A DNA stretch of 64,000 bases from the human T2T-CHM13v2.0 reference genome, Homo sapiens: NCBI RefSeq assembly GCF_009914755.1, contig NC_060947.1. The stretch is one strand, 5' to 3'. The notes below the pieces were generated by a model. The model did no database searches. It worked only from the letters and a program-made list of their open reading frames with translations, and had not been told where the DNA came from. Shown here piece after piece: positions 16,201-31,369 of the stretch (its first letter is position 1; each line of letters begins with the position of its first letter). The position numbers and the translations under genes were made by a program.

Positions 16201-16917
16201 ATTTTATTAGTTATTTCAAAGAAACAACTCTTGACTTAGTTGATGTTATTATATATTTGTTTTATATTTCATTCACATGTATTCATATCTTTATTATTTC
16301 CCCCCTCTGCTTTCTTGAGGATTATTCTGATATTCATTCTCTAATTTATCAAATCAAATGTTTGGCTAATTAATTCTGAGCCTTCCTTCTAGTGTGAAAG
16401 CTTTTAAGTCTATTCATTTCCCCCTTAATATCACTTTGGCTAATCCCATGAGTTTTGATATGTAGAATTTTAATTATCTTTCAGTTCTAAGTATTCAGTT
16501 CCAAATCTAGTTTTCATTATGATTTTTCACCTGTAAATTTTATAATATTGTTTTACGTTGCCATAAATGGAATTTTTGTAGTCATATTTTTAGACTGATT
16601 TATAAGTTAATTGTAATTAGAAAAGTTGGTGTGATATGTTACCAATCTTTGAAATTTGTTTAAACTAACTTTAAACAATGATTACATATGTTCCAGATGT
16701 GCTTGAAAATAATGTATATTCTCTGATTGTTTGCTGGAATTGTCTATATATGTCTGTTATCCTAGCTTGTTAATTATGCTGTTCAAATCTTTTATATCTT
16801 TAACAATATTTTTCTGCTTGATTTATCAGTTATTAAGAAAGATGTATTAAAATCTCCCACTGTGATATAGAGTTTACTAATTCCTCCTTGTTGATTTGTC
16901 AAATTTTGTTAAAAAAT

Positions 16918-17259
16918 TGTTTTGAGAGTCTTCAGCTAAATTGGGGTTCCAGTGCCACAGTGGCTAGCAGCCCTGCTCCAACGGGAAATGAAGAAGAGCT
17001 GGACATGGGTATTTACAGTGTGTCTTTCAGGGGATACTTCTTTAACCTCGTGGAAGACCTAATGCCTAGTTGTTCAACCTGTGAACAGGGCATCCCTCAC
17101 AGAGAAACTTGTTTATACTGGCAGATGCCCCTGTGGCTCTTGTCTGACCTGTGTTCAGTTTATGCCTGCCTGACCATCACTTTGGTGCTGGGAGCACAAC
17201 CTTGTGTTCCCCCAGGAATCCCAGGGAAAACTCACCCAGGGGTTGATTCCGAGGCAACA
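16918..17259. mobile_element. ERVL-class solo LTR (LTR32/LTR42-like)
   Basis: TG...CA ends, 342 bp GC-richer insert in L1; aacttgtttatactggcagatgccc...gctcttgtctgacctgtg motif recalled from this LTR group. Confidence 0.65.
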
Positions 17260-17531
17260 TAAAATTATAAGTATTCATTATAATATGTTAAAATTGCTAT
17301 ATTTTGCTGGTTAATTTATTTTTTCCATTATGAAATGACTCTATTTATCTCTTGTAATCCTTTCACCCTAAATTTTAAAATCCGATATTAAAATAGCGAC
17401 TTCAGCTTTCTTTTGGTTAGTTTTTGCCTAGTAGTAATTTTTTTGGTTCTTTGACATTCAGTCTTTCTGTATCCTTACATTGAAATATAAATGAAGATAT
17501 TTATCTTATGAACACTATACAACTGAATGTT

Positions 17532-20241
<2,710 letters not shown>

Positions 20242-21687
20242 ATGTTGTTCTTTTATTCACTCTGATAATCCTTGATATTTTAATTGATGTATTTAATCCA
20301 TTTAGATTTACAGCAATTACTAATCTGTTTGGATTTATTCCTACCCTCTTCATATGTGCCTTTTATTTGTTCTATTTTCTGTTTAATTTTCCTACTCTTA
20401 TTTTCTTGACTTATTTTGAATTAAGCTTTTTTCCATTTTTTTAATTCAATTTTTCCCTCTACTTATTTCAAAGTTACATATTTTATGTCTATGCTTTTGT
20501 TGATTACTCTTGCTATTTTAACATGAATACTTTAAAAAGTCTAAAATTAATTGTTTTCCATTTTCTTCATAATTTAACTTTCAAAGGGACCACTCATACC
20601 ACTCACACTCACCATGTATCACCTCCAACATAGAAATCTGAAAGCCATGGGTTATGTAGCAGTCTTTCCACAAGGCTTCAACTTTTCCTAGTTTTGCAAA
20701 GAGATGTGTGCGTAAAAATTATAACCCCATTTCGTAGATCAAAAAATTGGGTCCTGAAACAATCAAATGACTTGTCTGTAAAATTAAGTCATCTAATCAA
20801 GAAGGGAAATCAGGGCTTCAAATTATTTTTCCAACTGTGAAATTCAGGAGATTGCCTGGGGAAACTTTTTTTCCACATTTATTTTATTTTTTTGTTGCAA
20901 TTTTGATATACATTGACACCTAGTTCTCCAGGAAAGTTATACTAATTTACACAGAGAAATACTTGGAGTCCATGATCAATAGAATTCTGAGTTCTTTCCT
21001 TCCAATACTTAGAGAACAGGAACCATGTCTTTTTTCACATTTGTATTATGGAACATTTCAAACATATACAGAAGTAAAGAGAGTAGTTAATAAATCTCGT
21101 GAGAATTTTCTAATCCCAAATAACTGTCAACTGCTTAGACAGAAAACATGAAGATAAAACAAAGCAAAGCAAACTTAAATAGAGTTGGGTTTTTAATTTT
21201 ATTTTTTAAAGATCAGATTATTTTAAATCATTTCTGTGTTTTGAGATTACAATAAAGCCTTAATTAGTAGGACTCTAATAAACTGGAAACTTTCACTGAC
21301 TAGATTCTTTTTTGGTTCTCTCTGTTTTGAGAAAAGGTTTATTATAATCTACTCATAACAGGGATTTATTCTAAAATTTAAGATTCAATGAGTGATCTAG
21401 ACTCTGTCCACCCTCAGTTTACTCTCATATCTCTAGTATTATTTCCAGTTTTAGGTGCTTAGCATAACAAAGACCATTCTTCATGTTAATCTTGCTTAAA
21501 GTGGCCTCAGGATGAAGCTACTAGGAAAAAAAATAACTTGTGAGGAGAAAGCCAAAAGAAGCAAAAAGAGGACTGCACCTTCCTTCCTCACTTCTATTCT
21601 TGTTTTCATGCCATTCCTATATACCTGAAAAAATGTTTCAAATATCAGTTTCTAAGCAATTGCTCCTAGTTTTCTTCTTGGCTGTTG

Positions 21688-21830
21688 GAGTATCACAGTG
21701 TGGTGGAAAAAGCTCTGTGCTTGGAATTCAAGTCATGGCTCTCTTCTTTGAGCTATGTGCTCTTGGGAAAGTCACTTAACTTTTCTGAGCCTTTATTCAA
21801 TCACTTACTAAACAAAGGGGTTGAGCTGGA
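21688..21830 (+). mobile_element. MIR fragment
   Basis: ctatgtgctcttgggaaagtcacttaacttttctgagcc. Confidence 0.65.
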
Positions 21831-22789
21831 GTAACTAATGCCTCTTAGTGTTCTCCATTTCTGTTGTGTCATGAATTAGAATTCCCAAAGTCTGGTTTTA
21901 TTCATGGAGAGTCTCATACCAAATATGATTTGAAGGCACTCAAAGCATTTCTATCACCCACAGTGCCTGAACTTTTATCATTAGTGATCCATTCATTTTG
22001 CTGGGTTTAGCATTGTCTCCTCCTGTTAGTCTTTCTTTTGAGAAGAAAAGCATGTAAAGGCACTTCTTTGTGAATGCATTACTCACATGGCCCTTTCCCT
22101 GGCTTAGAAAGTAGAGATTTTGATGTCTAGAGGTTGGAAGTGGGAAGAAAAGGGTGAAACACAGAGAGACTAGAAGGGTATCAGAGACAGATTTCACCTC
22201 CTTCATAATTTTTCTGCAGCTTGGCTCTGAGCATTGTTATGACTCAACCTCCTCTGTTCTTGGCAAGGCTCAAACAAGACAAGGTACTATTTGGTAGCAG
22301 ATTGGAACAGGGAGTCCCTGGCTGAGTATCAAATTCAGGTATTTTTGATAGATTCTGAATGGAGTTCTTTATTAGGTCTTTTGATCAACAGGAATGTGTT
22401 TAGAAGAGCCAAAGCACCTCTCTAAGTAAAACATGTACATTGTTGCAGAACCATTAACAGGCATATCCTCCCATTCAATCACAGTAGCCATGATTGGCAA
22501 GAATCTGGGTCATAATCCATCACCCAATCTTAAGTGTCCTCTCTTCATCATCCTCTTCTGGTCCCGTTCTCTTCTAAGTTCCATGTTGGTCCTCAATATT
22601 GTAGAGAATCTCTCATTTTTACTTGTGTATCATGCCTATTTCCTGACACCAACACTTTATCTCTCCTATCCCAGAGAAAAGCAATCTCTTCCTCTGCATT
22701 CCCTCAATGTTGGGACACTATTGGTAATAAATCATTTCTGCCTTTAATGGAGAAAGATTCATTAATGAAGTTGTTTTTTTCTCTAATAA

Positions 22790-22970
22790 TAACAGTTATT
22801 GTTTTACTGAGCCTTGCTGTATCTTAAGCATTTGCATCACTTCATTTCATTCTCACACCTCTACCACCCATTTTACAGGAGAAGCCATTGATATTGGGTC
22901 ATCTTCCAAGGTTTTCCAGCTAAGGCAGTCTGTCTCCAGAGTCTAGCTTTTGTCCACTGCACTAACCTGC
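22790..22970 (-). mobile_element. MIR fragment
   Basis: catttcattctcaca...cccattttacagg...gtctgtctccagagtc. Confidence 0.6.
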
Positions 22971-23419
22971 CTCTCTTGTTTGATATCCACATGCTTGGGA
23001 TTGCCCAGGCTGGTGTGTAGGAGATAGGTTTCCTCCATGGATGGCAAATAATGATTCATTCTCATGACTTAGAGGAGACAGATCTAGCTTGTGGGGGAAT
23101 CATTTACAAGTTTATCACCCTGGGAAATTCAGACTCTTTTCTTATTGTCCTTTCTGCAACTTCATTTCAAATTTTTCTTGTAGTAGCTGGTAGCAGAATC
23201 AAAGGAGTAATTATGTGTGCTGATTGGGGTCTGAGGCCTAAAAGTTAATTCTTTTTTGTCTACTGATCTATGGATTGCATCTGAATGCATCGATTTAACT
23301 GAAAATATTTTTTAAACTCTCATTCTAGTTAGCAATTTCAACTTCCCTCACTAAACCATTACTTCCAATATGGAGATAAATAGATGAATCTGAAGGTTCT
23401 TTCCAAGATATAATTTTAA

Positions 23420-23645
23420 AAAGGAACTTTGGCCTGGAAATCCAAAGGCCTGGGTTCCAGTTCTGGATCTGCCACTTATTAGCATGTAATTTTAGGCACA
23501 TCCACTTAACCATGCTGAGCCCTAGTTTCTTATCTGTAACACAGGAATAATGATATCTTCTGTGCCTAATTTACAGAGATGCCATGGTAGGGAAGTTGTT
23601 ATTAGAAAGTGCTTTGTAAATCTCAAGGTACTCAACAAGCATAAG
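23420..23645 (+). mobile_element. MIR
   Basis: cctgggttccagttctggatctgccacttattagc...agtttcttatctgtaa. Confidence 0.75.
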
Positions 23646-24299
23646 CCATTAGGCAAGATGAAGCAAAATGCTATGCTGAAAAGATCAAGAGTAGGAAGGA
23701 GATTTTCATCAGGGCTCCAAACACCAAGAATTGAATCATGGGGGAAGTTCATGTCTCTGACAATTGGTTTCTTACTTTAGCTTTAGGGATGCAGGTCCAA
23801 ACTGGATCTCCAACTGGATCCGTGATGACCTTCAACCCTCTGATCCCCAAGAAACCAGTCTTGGTCCTCATCTAAACTGAGTACCCCACTCCTAGAGGAA
23901 AAATGCCAAGAGGATTAGTTGACCCCTTGTCACCAGAGAAGCCAGGGGCCAGCGTAATGTTGATTGGATAAACTGACTAAAAAGTAGAGAATTAATTTTA
24001 TGCCACTTGCTTACAGGGACAGAGTTATTGCAATGGAAAGAAATAGAGGAGAAAGGGTAAGGGTAGAATGTAAATGCTGTATGAAGTTATAGGCACTCCA
24101 ACTTGTAAATGTCGATCACAGTGAGAACAGAACTTATCTTCTGACTAGTCCAGGCATTGCCCAGTACGGTGTGAGTGCTCACTCAATGCAATGTGTTGGT
24201 GATGGTAACTGTCCTTGGTCTCTTTCCTTTCTCCTTGGCTATAGAGTTTTCAGAGAGATGTGTTGATGCAAGCTACCAGTGCCCAGAAAGAAGATTGAA

Positions 24300-25270
24300 G
24301 AAAGGGGTACGGGCACCTTCTCCCCGCCCTCGCTCCCCCCAGCCCCCATCCCACCGACCTAAACAGTCAGGCTTGAGAGACTGGAAGGGTTTCACTTCCG
24401 CCTGGCTGCAGGAACCACAAGTTCCAGACTAGGTCGTAATTGGAATAATCACAGTCAAAATACACCCAGATGCTCTCACACACCCAGACGCGCGCGCATC
24501 CCCGGGCCATGGGGCGCACGTGAGCCCGCACCCCGCGCACCCAGCCCTGCCTCTCGCCAGAGCATCCTCAGCAGCTGCCACCGAAGCAGCCTCCTCCTTC
24601 TCTCTTCCTCCTCCTCCTACCACGGCCGCCGCCACCACCGCTGCGGCTGTGATCTCCTATCCCCTCTGGTCCTCCTTCCTCCCCCAGTTCCTGCTCCTCC
24701 TCCCATCCCCTGCTCCTCCTGCCCAGCAGCGAAGGGCAGAACCCTCGGCTGCCGCCCTCCTTCGCTCTGACCAAGAAGAGGCTGGAACAGGTCTGTGCAG
24801 GGGGGGCGCTTTGTTGCGGGCTGCTGGAGCTCTTGTGGCTCCAACAGCCACTGGGAGGGCACGGGGCGGGAGGGATGGTAGATTATTTCCCAGTTTTCAG
24901 TCTTGCTGTATGAATAGATGCAGGGCGAAAGGCTGGGAAGGCAGCTGGTTCCCTTTGCCAGTTCGCCTTCCTTTTTGGTTCATGGCGAGAGAGCACTGAA
25001 GCTGCCCGGACTCCTGCCCCCGCCCACCCCTAAAGCTCTCTTTCTTTGCGTCCCCACTCCCTGCATCCACTTCCCCAGGCTGAGCTTTCTCTTGTTCAGG
25101 GAGCTCAGGGATGGGGGCGGGGAGAGATGGATGGAGATGATCCAGCCGGGCACCTGGGTGCCTGGGGCTTTGTTACATACAACAAAACCAGTCCTCCTCA
25201 GCTTCCAGCTCCAGGCTAGGCTGCGGTCCGCCGGCAATGTGGGGTGTGGGTCGGGCCGACTAGGGAAGTG
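24300..25270 (+). promoter_or_regulatory. CpG-island promoter
   Basis: Only CpG-dense unique region of the window. GC box 24322-24329, ETS CACTTCCG 24393-24400, GCGCGCGCA ~24490-24498, E-box CACGTG 24517-24522, further GC boxes ~24863 and ~25017. Confidence 0.85.
24559..24790 (+). other. PAK3: Probable non-coding first exon (tentatively the distal PAK3 5'UTR exon)
   Basis: ATG-free pyrimidine-rich segment just downstream of the promoter motifs, ending at CAG|GTCTGT. Gene identity and start position come from recollection of the PAK3 5'UTR, not from a search. Confidence 0.5.
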
Positions 25271-25383
25271 AGAGAATGTGAGAGGGCACTCCCTGTATGT
25301 GACTACACACAGGAATGCAGTGGTGTGTGTCGTGGAGATGGTGTGGGTTTTGTGTGGAATTCAGTGAGTGCGAGTTGGAGTGG

Positions 25384-25416
25384 TGTGTGTGTGTGTGTGT
25401 GTGCGTGTGTGTGTGT
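25384..25416. repeat. (TG)n microsatellite
   Basis: Direct reading. Confidence 0.95.
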
Positions 25417-26069
25417 CTGCGCCATGGGGCTGGGCTACTCTTGGCATTACATGTCCTTGGGTCTCATTCCATGCCAAGCCAGACTGCAGCAACACGCAGG
25501 TGGATCAGGTCCAACCTGTTCTGCCCACATTGGAAGGATAATGATCGTTTTCAAAGTGATGGAAATCCCCCCAGCTGGGACTGTTGCTTAGGACTTTCTG
25601 GATGCGGAATTTCGAGCCAGGTTGACCAAGCCCTACCAGATAGCGTTATTGTTCTCCCAAAGATGCCCAACTTTCTTAGCAGGGTTTCCTCTCTCAGCCA
25701 ATGAGGATCCAAAGCTCTTACAGTGATCCCTGCAGTGCCTTCCCACACCCATTTTAATTAGCGCATCCTAATGTCTTCAGGTCTTACTTACTACAGTGAA
25801 GTTAGTGGTGTGCTAGGATGTAGTTCTATGTTTGAACTAAAAAGAACAAACTAAATGCACCTATGTGTTAGTCATGAATTTGATATAGAGGTTTTTTTTT
25901 TCTTTCTTGAATGATAAGGTATGAACTGGTATGGCCACTTTTTAATCAAAGAAAGAAGAGGTCAATAAAAATGAACAAAACTGCTAAACCTTCTCTTTGA
26001 CATTTTTATTTGTGGTTTTAATAAAGCATTGTTTTTCAGGGTCCAAAAATATACAGTTAAAGGTAGTGA

Positions 26070-26430
26070 TTAATCAAACAGCAGACATTTTTTGCATACC
26101 TGCTATGTGTTATTAATGTTAAGTATTGAAAGTATATAAATGAATAAAACATCATCTCAGCTCACAGGGAGTGCACAATCTGGTAGGCAAGATAGAGCGT
26201 GTAAACAGACAATTAGAGTAAAGTATGACAAGGGGCAGGCAGGGTATTGTGGGAGCCCAAGGGAGGTATGCTTGATTGGGGATGGGGGTTATGATCAAGA
26301 AAGGCTTCATGGGCGAGGTGACATTTGAGTTGAGTCTTGAAGAATTAATTCACCAGGTTACTAAGTGGAAAATGGTATCCTAAGTTGAAAGAATGGCATG
26401 TATGAAGGTAGAGAGGTCATAGTTAAGTGA
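26070..26430 (-). mobile_element. L2 fragment
   Basis: gaaaggcttcatgggcgaggtgacatttgagttgagtcttgaaga, typical of antisense L2. Confidence 0.7.
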
Positions 26431-27628
26431 GACTGCAGGGAGACCTTGGAAGTGTGACTGCCAAATTCTCAACAAACTCAGAATGGGTCTTTCTGGTTTG
26501 GAGTGATGACTGGTGGCACATCACATCCAAAAAAAAAAGCCAGTATTGCAGATTGATAAAGACCACAACACATCTCTATATTAAGAAACATCTGGCTCAT
26601 TTATTAATATTAGTGTGTTTTGCTTTAAGCAAATCTGATATATGTAAATGTGAGATTCCAAGGCAAATGAACTAAATGGACAATATTTACATTGCAGAAT
26701 TTGCTGCTTTACAAAAGGATTCATAATCAGATTATGTTAATTAACACTGCCTCTCTGACCTTTACAGTGAATTTCTTTTAACCAAAAATCCACTAACGGA
26801 ATTTTTCCAATAGTCCATGAATGGATAAAGACAGGCATACCTGCATTACATTTACTTTTTGCACAAAAATTTACCAACTTCAACGCAGGAATTTCCTCTC
26901 ATTCTGTGGATGTTTAATAAATACTAAAAGAAAATATGAAAATGCTAGTAATGAATATTAAATCCATTGGCTGTGATCTTTTATCATTCAAACTGTATAT
27001 AAAATAGAAACTAACCTGAACGGGATCTTGAGGAATTTTTACATTTTAGGTACTTTTAGTAGTTTCACTGGTAATTAACAATGGTACAAGATTTCTGTGC
27101 TGTATGTTAGTTTTAAAATGGATATATAATAACTGCTCTAATGCTCGTGCAATTAAGCCAGAACAGGGACACATTCTGAGTCTCCTGTTTTGTTGTGTTG
27201 GTGCTGATTGCATTCATAGGCTGATAAATGGCCCTGGGAGTGAGACTAAGAGACTGATTATTTCTACTGGAAATGCCTGGTGGTCACAAAATTATGCTAG
27301 GTAAGAGTGTGGGTTCTGAGAACATGGATCAGCACCCATCTGGAGCACCTCTCCCCTTAAATGAAGACCAAAAATAGCCCTGGGTTCTATTTGAAAGGAA
27401 TGACAGAAGTAGATGAGCTTGAATGACTTCTTTCCTCGTCTGGACAATACCTTGCTGTGGAGGAGTTGATGGCCTAGGGTACTTTGGGCACATAAAGGTC
27501 CTTTGTTCACTGGCTGTCAATACCAGAAGGTATCAGGCAGTATCTCTAAGATACATTCTCCAAAGCTTGGGCTGGAATGGAATCGATCTGTCAGCTGTGT
27601 TGATGTTCAGATCTGTCTAGTTACTAGA

Positions 27629-27900
27629 CAGTGTTTTTTGATGTAGGTTCTAAAGAAGACTAGTTCCATAGAATGTTAGTAGGGCACACCTCTCCCCATC
27701 CACACACACACACAAACACACAGGGTTTTGTGGTCAAGTTAAGTTTTGGAAATTCTTACTTAAACATAAACAGGTTTCTTTCCTGCAGGGCTTCTAAAAG
27801 TCTTTACTAGGCTAATGAATATTGTGACTCTCCAGGAGTATAAAATATGCAGCATTTCTCAGATGGAATTACCCATAGAGCATGGTGTTCCAACAAGCAT
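27629..27900. mobile_element. hAT-Charlie DNA transposon (Charlie18a-like)
   Basis: gtggtcaagttaagttttggaaa...aaacaggtttctttcctgcagggcttct matches recalled consensus. Confidence 0.65.
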
Positions 27901-27949
27901 TTGGGTCTACTGGTGTTGAGAGACACGTTCTTTGGGTAAAAGCATTCTC

Positions 27950-28175
27950 TGCTGAGTTCTGAGTTCAGAGGCTGTCGGCATCTTGCTGGGTAAGCTTGGA
28001 TGACTTGCTTTACCCCTCCAGGCTTTCCTTCCTTCCCCCCTCTTTAAAATGAGGTTGATAATAATCATCACTCTCACTGACTGTGATGGTGTGATGACAA
28101 CTAAGATAATATCTCTGTAAGTATTTTGAGCTGCTTAGAAGAAAGGCTGTATGTAAACTCAAGGTTATTATTAAA
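27950..28175 (+). mobile_element. MIR fragment
   Basis: tctttaaaatgaggttgataataatc...ctaagataatat...gtaag. Confidence 0.55.
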
Positions 28176-28833
28176 GTGAAGTGAAGAATTAAGGCAATTA
28201 TCCTGATAATGCAGGCCCAAATTCTGTCTTTCTGCTGAATTATTGGGCAGACTGCCTCATTTCTCTGCTCTGCTTTGACTGCAGAGACCTATCCTCATTC
28301 AACCTTGGCTGACTCAGTTCTCTGGGTTTATTTCCTTTCATATTCTGAAAATTTCAGCATGGCCTTTAATATCCTGGTCCAGAGGTATCATCAGTACAGC
28401 CTTCAGAAAAAGTCCATCAATCTGAACATACACTGCTGACTAGAGAACCCTGGAGTTAGGAATTAAGTTTAGTTGGAAAGTTGCTTTTATCCTTCAGACT
28501 AATTGTCTTTCAGAAGCATTTGTAAAGGGCCATGTTGGAAGCTAGCTGGTGCAGGATTTCTCTCCAGTAGCCCCAACACCCAACCTGGGCTGGAGTCCTG
28601 TTTACAGGAGACACTTCTTGAACAACAGTTTCAGGGGTCCATTTTGTCAATGGGAAGCTGAGGCCATCTTTAAGGAAATTTAAAGATAAAGGAAATAGCA
28701 TTCATGTGACTATTGACCCTTCTTGGATCCCTTGACTGCTATTAATTCCCAGAACCTTTTTTTCTTTACAAACTGCCTTGAAAGGAGAATGGAGTTCTTG
28801 AGACTTAATGGCTGATAATCATTGCAAACTGGG

Positions 28834-28879
28834 TTTGGGGTAGAGACTGTTGCACAAGGCATTCAGTCTCTACCCCAAA
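28834..28879. repeat. Perfect 16-bp inverted repeat with a 14-nt spacer
   Basis: TTTGGGGTAGAGACTG (28834-49) and CAGTCTCTACCCCAAA (28864-79). Confidence 0.95.
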
Positions 28880-29139
28880 ATGAACGTCAAGACATTCGGG
28901 TTGCTGGTTCTAGAGTACTCTATACTCAGATTAGCTCTTCTCTGCATGAAAGCAGCAAGCTTCAGTTGTAATAGGAAGGATTTCTGTTAGCCACAAGAGA
29001 TAACTGTGTGACTTTAAGACTGTGTGATGCTGTAAAGCCAGAGTGAAGTTATTCGCTGTTCTGGAGTACATAGTGGAGATGCTTGTTCAGTGGGGGACAT
29101 TCATAGAATGGTAGAGCTACAAATGCCTATGGAAGTTTC

Positions 29140-29300
29140 TCTGTTGTAAACCTTATGTTTGGATGATGAAAATGAGGATGGAAGAAGTGAAGTGAGTTGT
29201 CCAAGGTCACACAGCTACCACATGACAGAACAGAAGTCATTCTAAGAGTTGAAACTCAGATCTGCTGCCTCCCAGTGTTCTTCTCTTTGACTTAACTGCC
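29140..29300 (-). mobile_element. MIR fragment
   Basis: gtgaagtgagttgtccaaggtcacacagcta. Confidence 0.7.
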
Positions 29301-30585
29301 TTCTTGTGTAGTTCAGGGGAGTGAGGATTGGCTCATTTGGTGGGACTTGGAGGTCATGTCCAGTTCTGAGCAGTGTGGGCTCTCACATTGCAGTTTTAGC
29401 AGAGGGATAGGTTTCTAGTGGAGACCTAAAAGACCATGCTTCTCTCTCTCCCTCCTCATTCCTCTTGAGTGTATAGTTGTCTGATTCACCAAGCCAAGCA
29501 CCCAGTTGGTAACCTGAGGACTAGATATTCTACCTGAGATTCATGGTGGATGATTTGATCATCCTAGTCCTTTTACTTTGGTGATTGATTAATAACCATT
29601 TTCTGTGTGCCAAGGATCCCCTTGAAAGTCATGAAAGCTACTGATGCACTCCCCAGAGAAGGCCTCTCATCCATGGACATGTGCATGTAATTTCAAAGCA
29701 TTGTAGGTCGAGAGCTCTTGCTCTGCTTGCTGTTGGTATTGGTACACAGCCTAGGGTGACTGGTAGAAGCTCCCTAAATATGAAAGATTCCCAGAGGTGG
29801 AATTGTCAATCTTAACTCGGAGGGAAATGGAAATGCTGGGATGAGCTTTGTGCCAAATAGACAGGGGACAGGGAGTAGAGTGGAATTTCTTATGGATAAA
29901 AGAATGGAATTGGATCCTGAATTCGAGATAAAAATAGAAAAGGAATTGAAGTGAGCTAACCATGTCCCCTTCCTTCAACCTTATGAAAGAAAGTGAAGTG
30001 GGGAAGCTAGGCAGGTGGGAAATTTGGGAGGACTGGGGAGGGGGTCAGTCCAGAAAGGATGGCAATCATGCCATATTTAAATGAAATAAAAATTCTTCCC
30101 AAAGAATGAGACAACTCTTTCACTTCTCTCCAGATTTCTTACCCTAGTCAAACACCTAAATACCAAAAGCTCAGGGCTTTGGGTATTAGAAGTTGTCTTA
30201 GATTCTGGAACACTGTCTCCTTGAAAAGGACACATTTAAAGGCTGGGAGTGGGGGCTGGACATTGTGGGGGAGTGGCACAGCATGGCTCTCTTCTTGTTT
30301 ACAAAAGCATTTTTATTATCAAAGAACACATGCTCATTCTTGCTTATAAAAATAGAGATATGATGTAGAATGTTCCTTCCTTGTCTCTCCAACACTGATC
30401 CCCCACCATGTTCACAGGTTGGTATGTATCACATTGTGCATGTTTTTATGAATATTCACATAAATACATTCATGTACATAAAATAATCAAAGATGTGACC
30501 ATGTGCTGTTCTACAGAATGCTTTTTACTGAACTATATGTCTGAAGATCTTTTATTGCCAGTAGACATCTAGTTATTTCATTCTT

Positions 30586-30798
30586 GTTTTTAAATTTTAC
30601 TTTAAGTTCTGGGATACATGTGCAGAATGTGCAGGTTTGTTACATAGGTATACATGTGCCATGGCGGTTTGCTGCACCTATCAACCCATCATCTAGGTTT
30701 TAAGCCCCGCATGCATTAGGGATTTGTCCTAATGCTCTCCCTCTCCTTGTCCCCCAACCCGTGATAGGCTCCAGTGTGTGATGTTCCGCTCCCTGTGT
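30586..30798 (-). mobile_element. L1PA8-like 3' end
   Basis: tttaagttctgggatacatgtgcag...ttttaagccccgcatgcattagg; TSD atttcattctt/attttattctt. Confidence 0.9.
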
Positions 30799-31294
30799 AT
30801 TTTATTCTTATAAATAACTGCATAGTATTCTATTATATAATTGTAATATAATCTCTTTAATCCAACCTTTGTTGATGAATTTTTGCATTATTTCTGATTA
30901 TTTTTACATTATTAAATATTGGTGCAATGTACCTTCTTGTACATACAACTCTGCATACCACTGTGAGCAATTTTGTCATATAAATTTAAAGTAGTAAAGT
31001 TGCTGGTTTGGAGTTTGATTTGCACATCTTTGATTTTAATAGAGCCTGCCAAACTGCCTCTCAGAAAGGCTATCACAATTTACCTTCCCATCAACAGTGG
31101 CCATTTCTCCACACTCTTCCTCATCAATTTCAGATATTATTGATCTTTTTAATCTTAGACAATGTGAAGGCTGAAAAAAAATCTCCTTTCTCTTTGCATT
31201 TCATTGAGTACTAGTGAGGTTGAACATCTTTTCATGTGTTTTTTTGGCCATCTGTATTTCTTCTGTGTTGCCATTTCATATCCCTTGCCTGTTT

Positions 31295-31369
31295 TTCTTT
31301 TGAGTTGTTCTTTCTGCTTCTGATAACTGGGTTCTCCTTCTTTTGAGTTGTTCTTTCTGCTTCTGATAA
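31295..31369. repeat. Perfect 32-bp direct repeat with an 11-nt spacer
   Basis: ttcttttgagttgttctttctgcttctgataa at 31295 and 31338. Confidence 0.95.

Noticed and set aside
24520-24999. 159-aa ORF and overlapping ORFs in the CpG island
   Set aside because: Non-ATG start, low-complexity A/P/S content, runs across the splice donor; typical GC-rich open frames
31295-31369. Repeat-spacer-repeat as CRISPR-like
   Set aside because: Only two units, 11-nt spacer, mammalian L1 context, no cas genes
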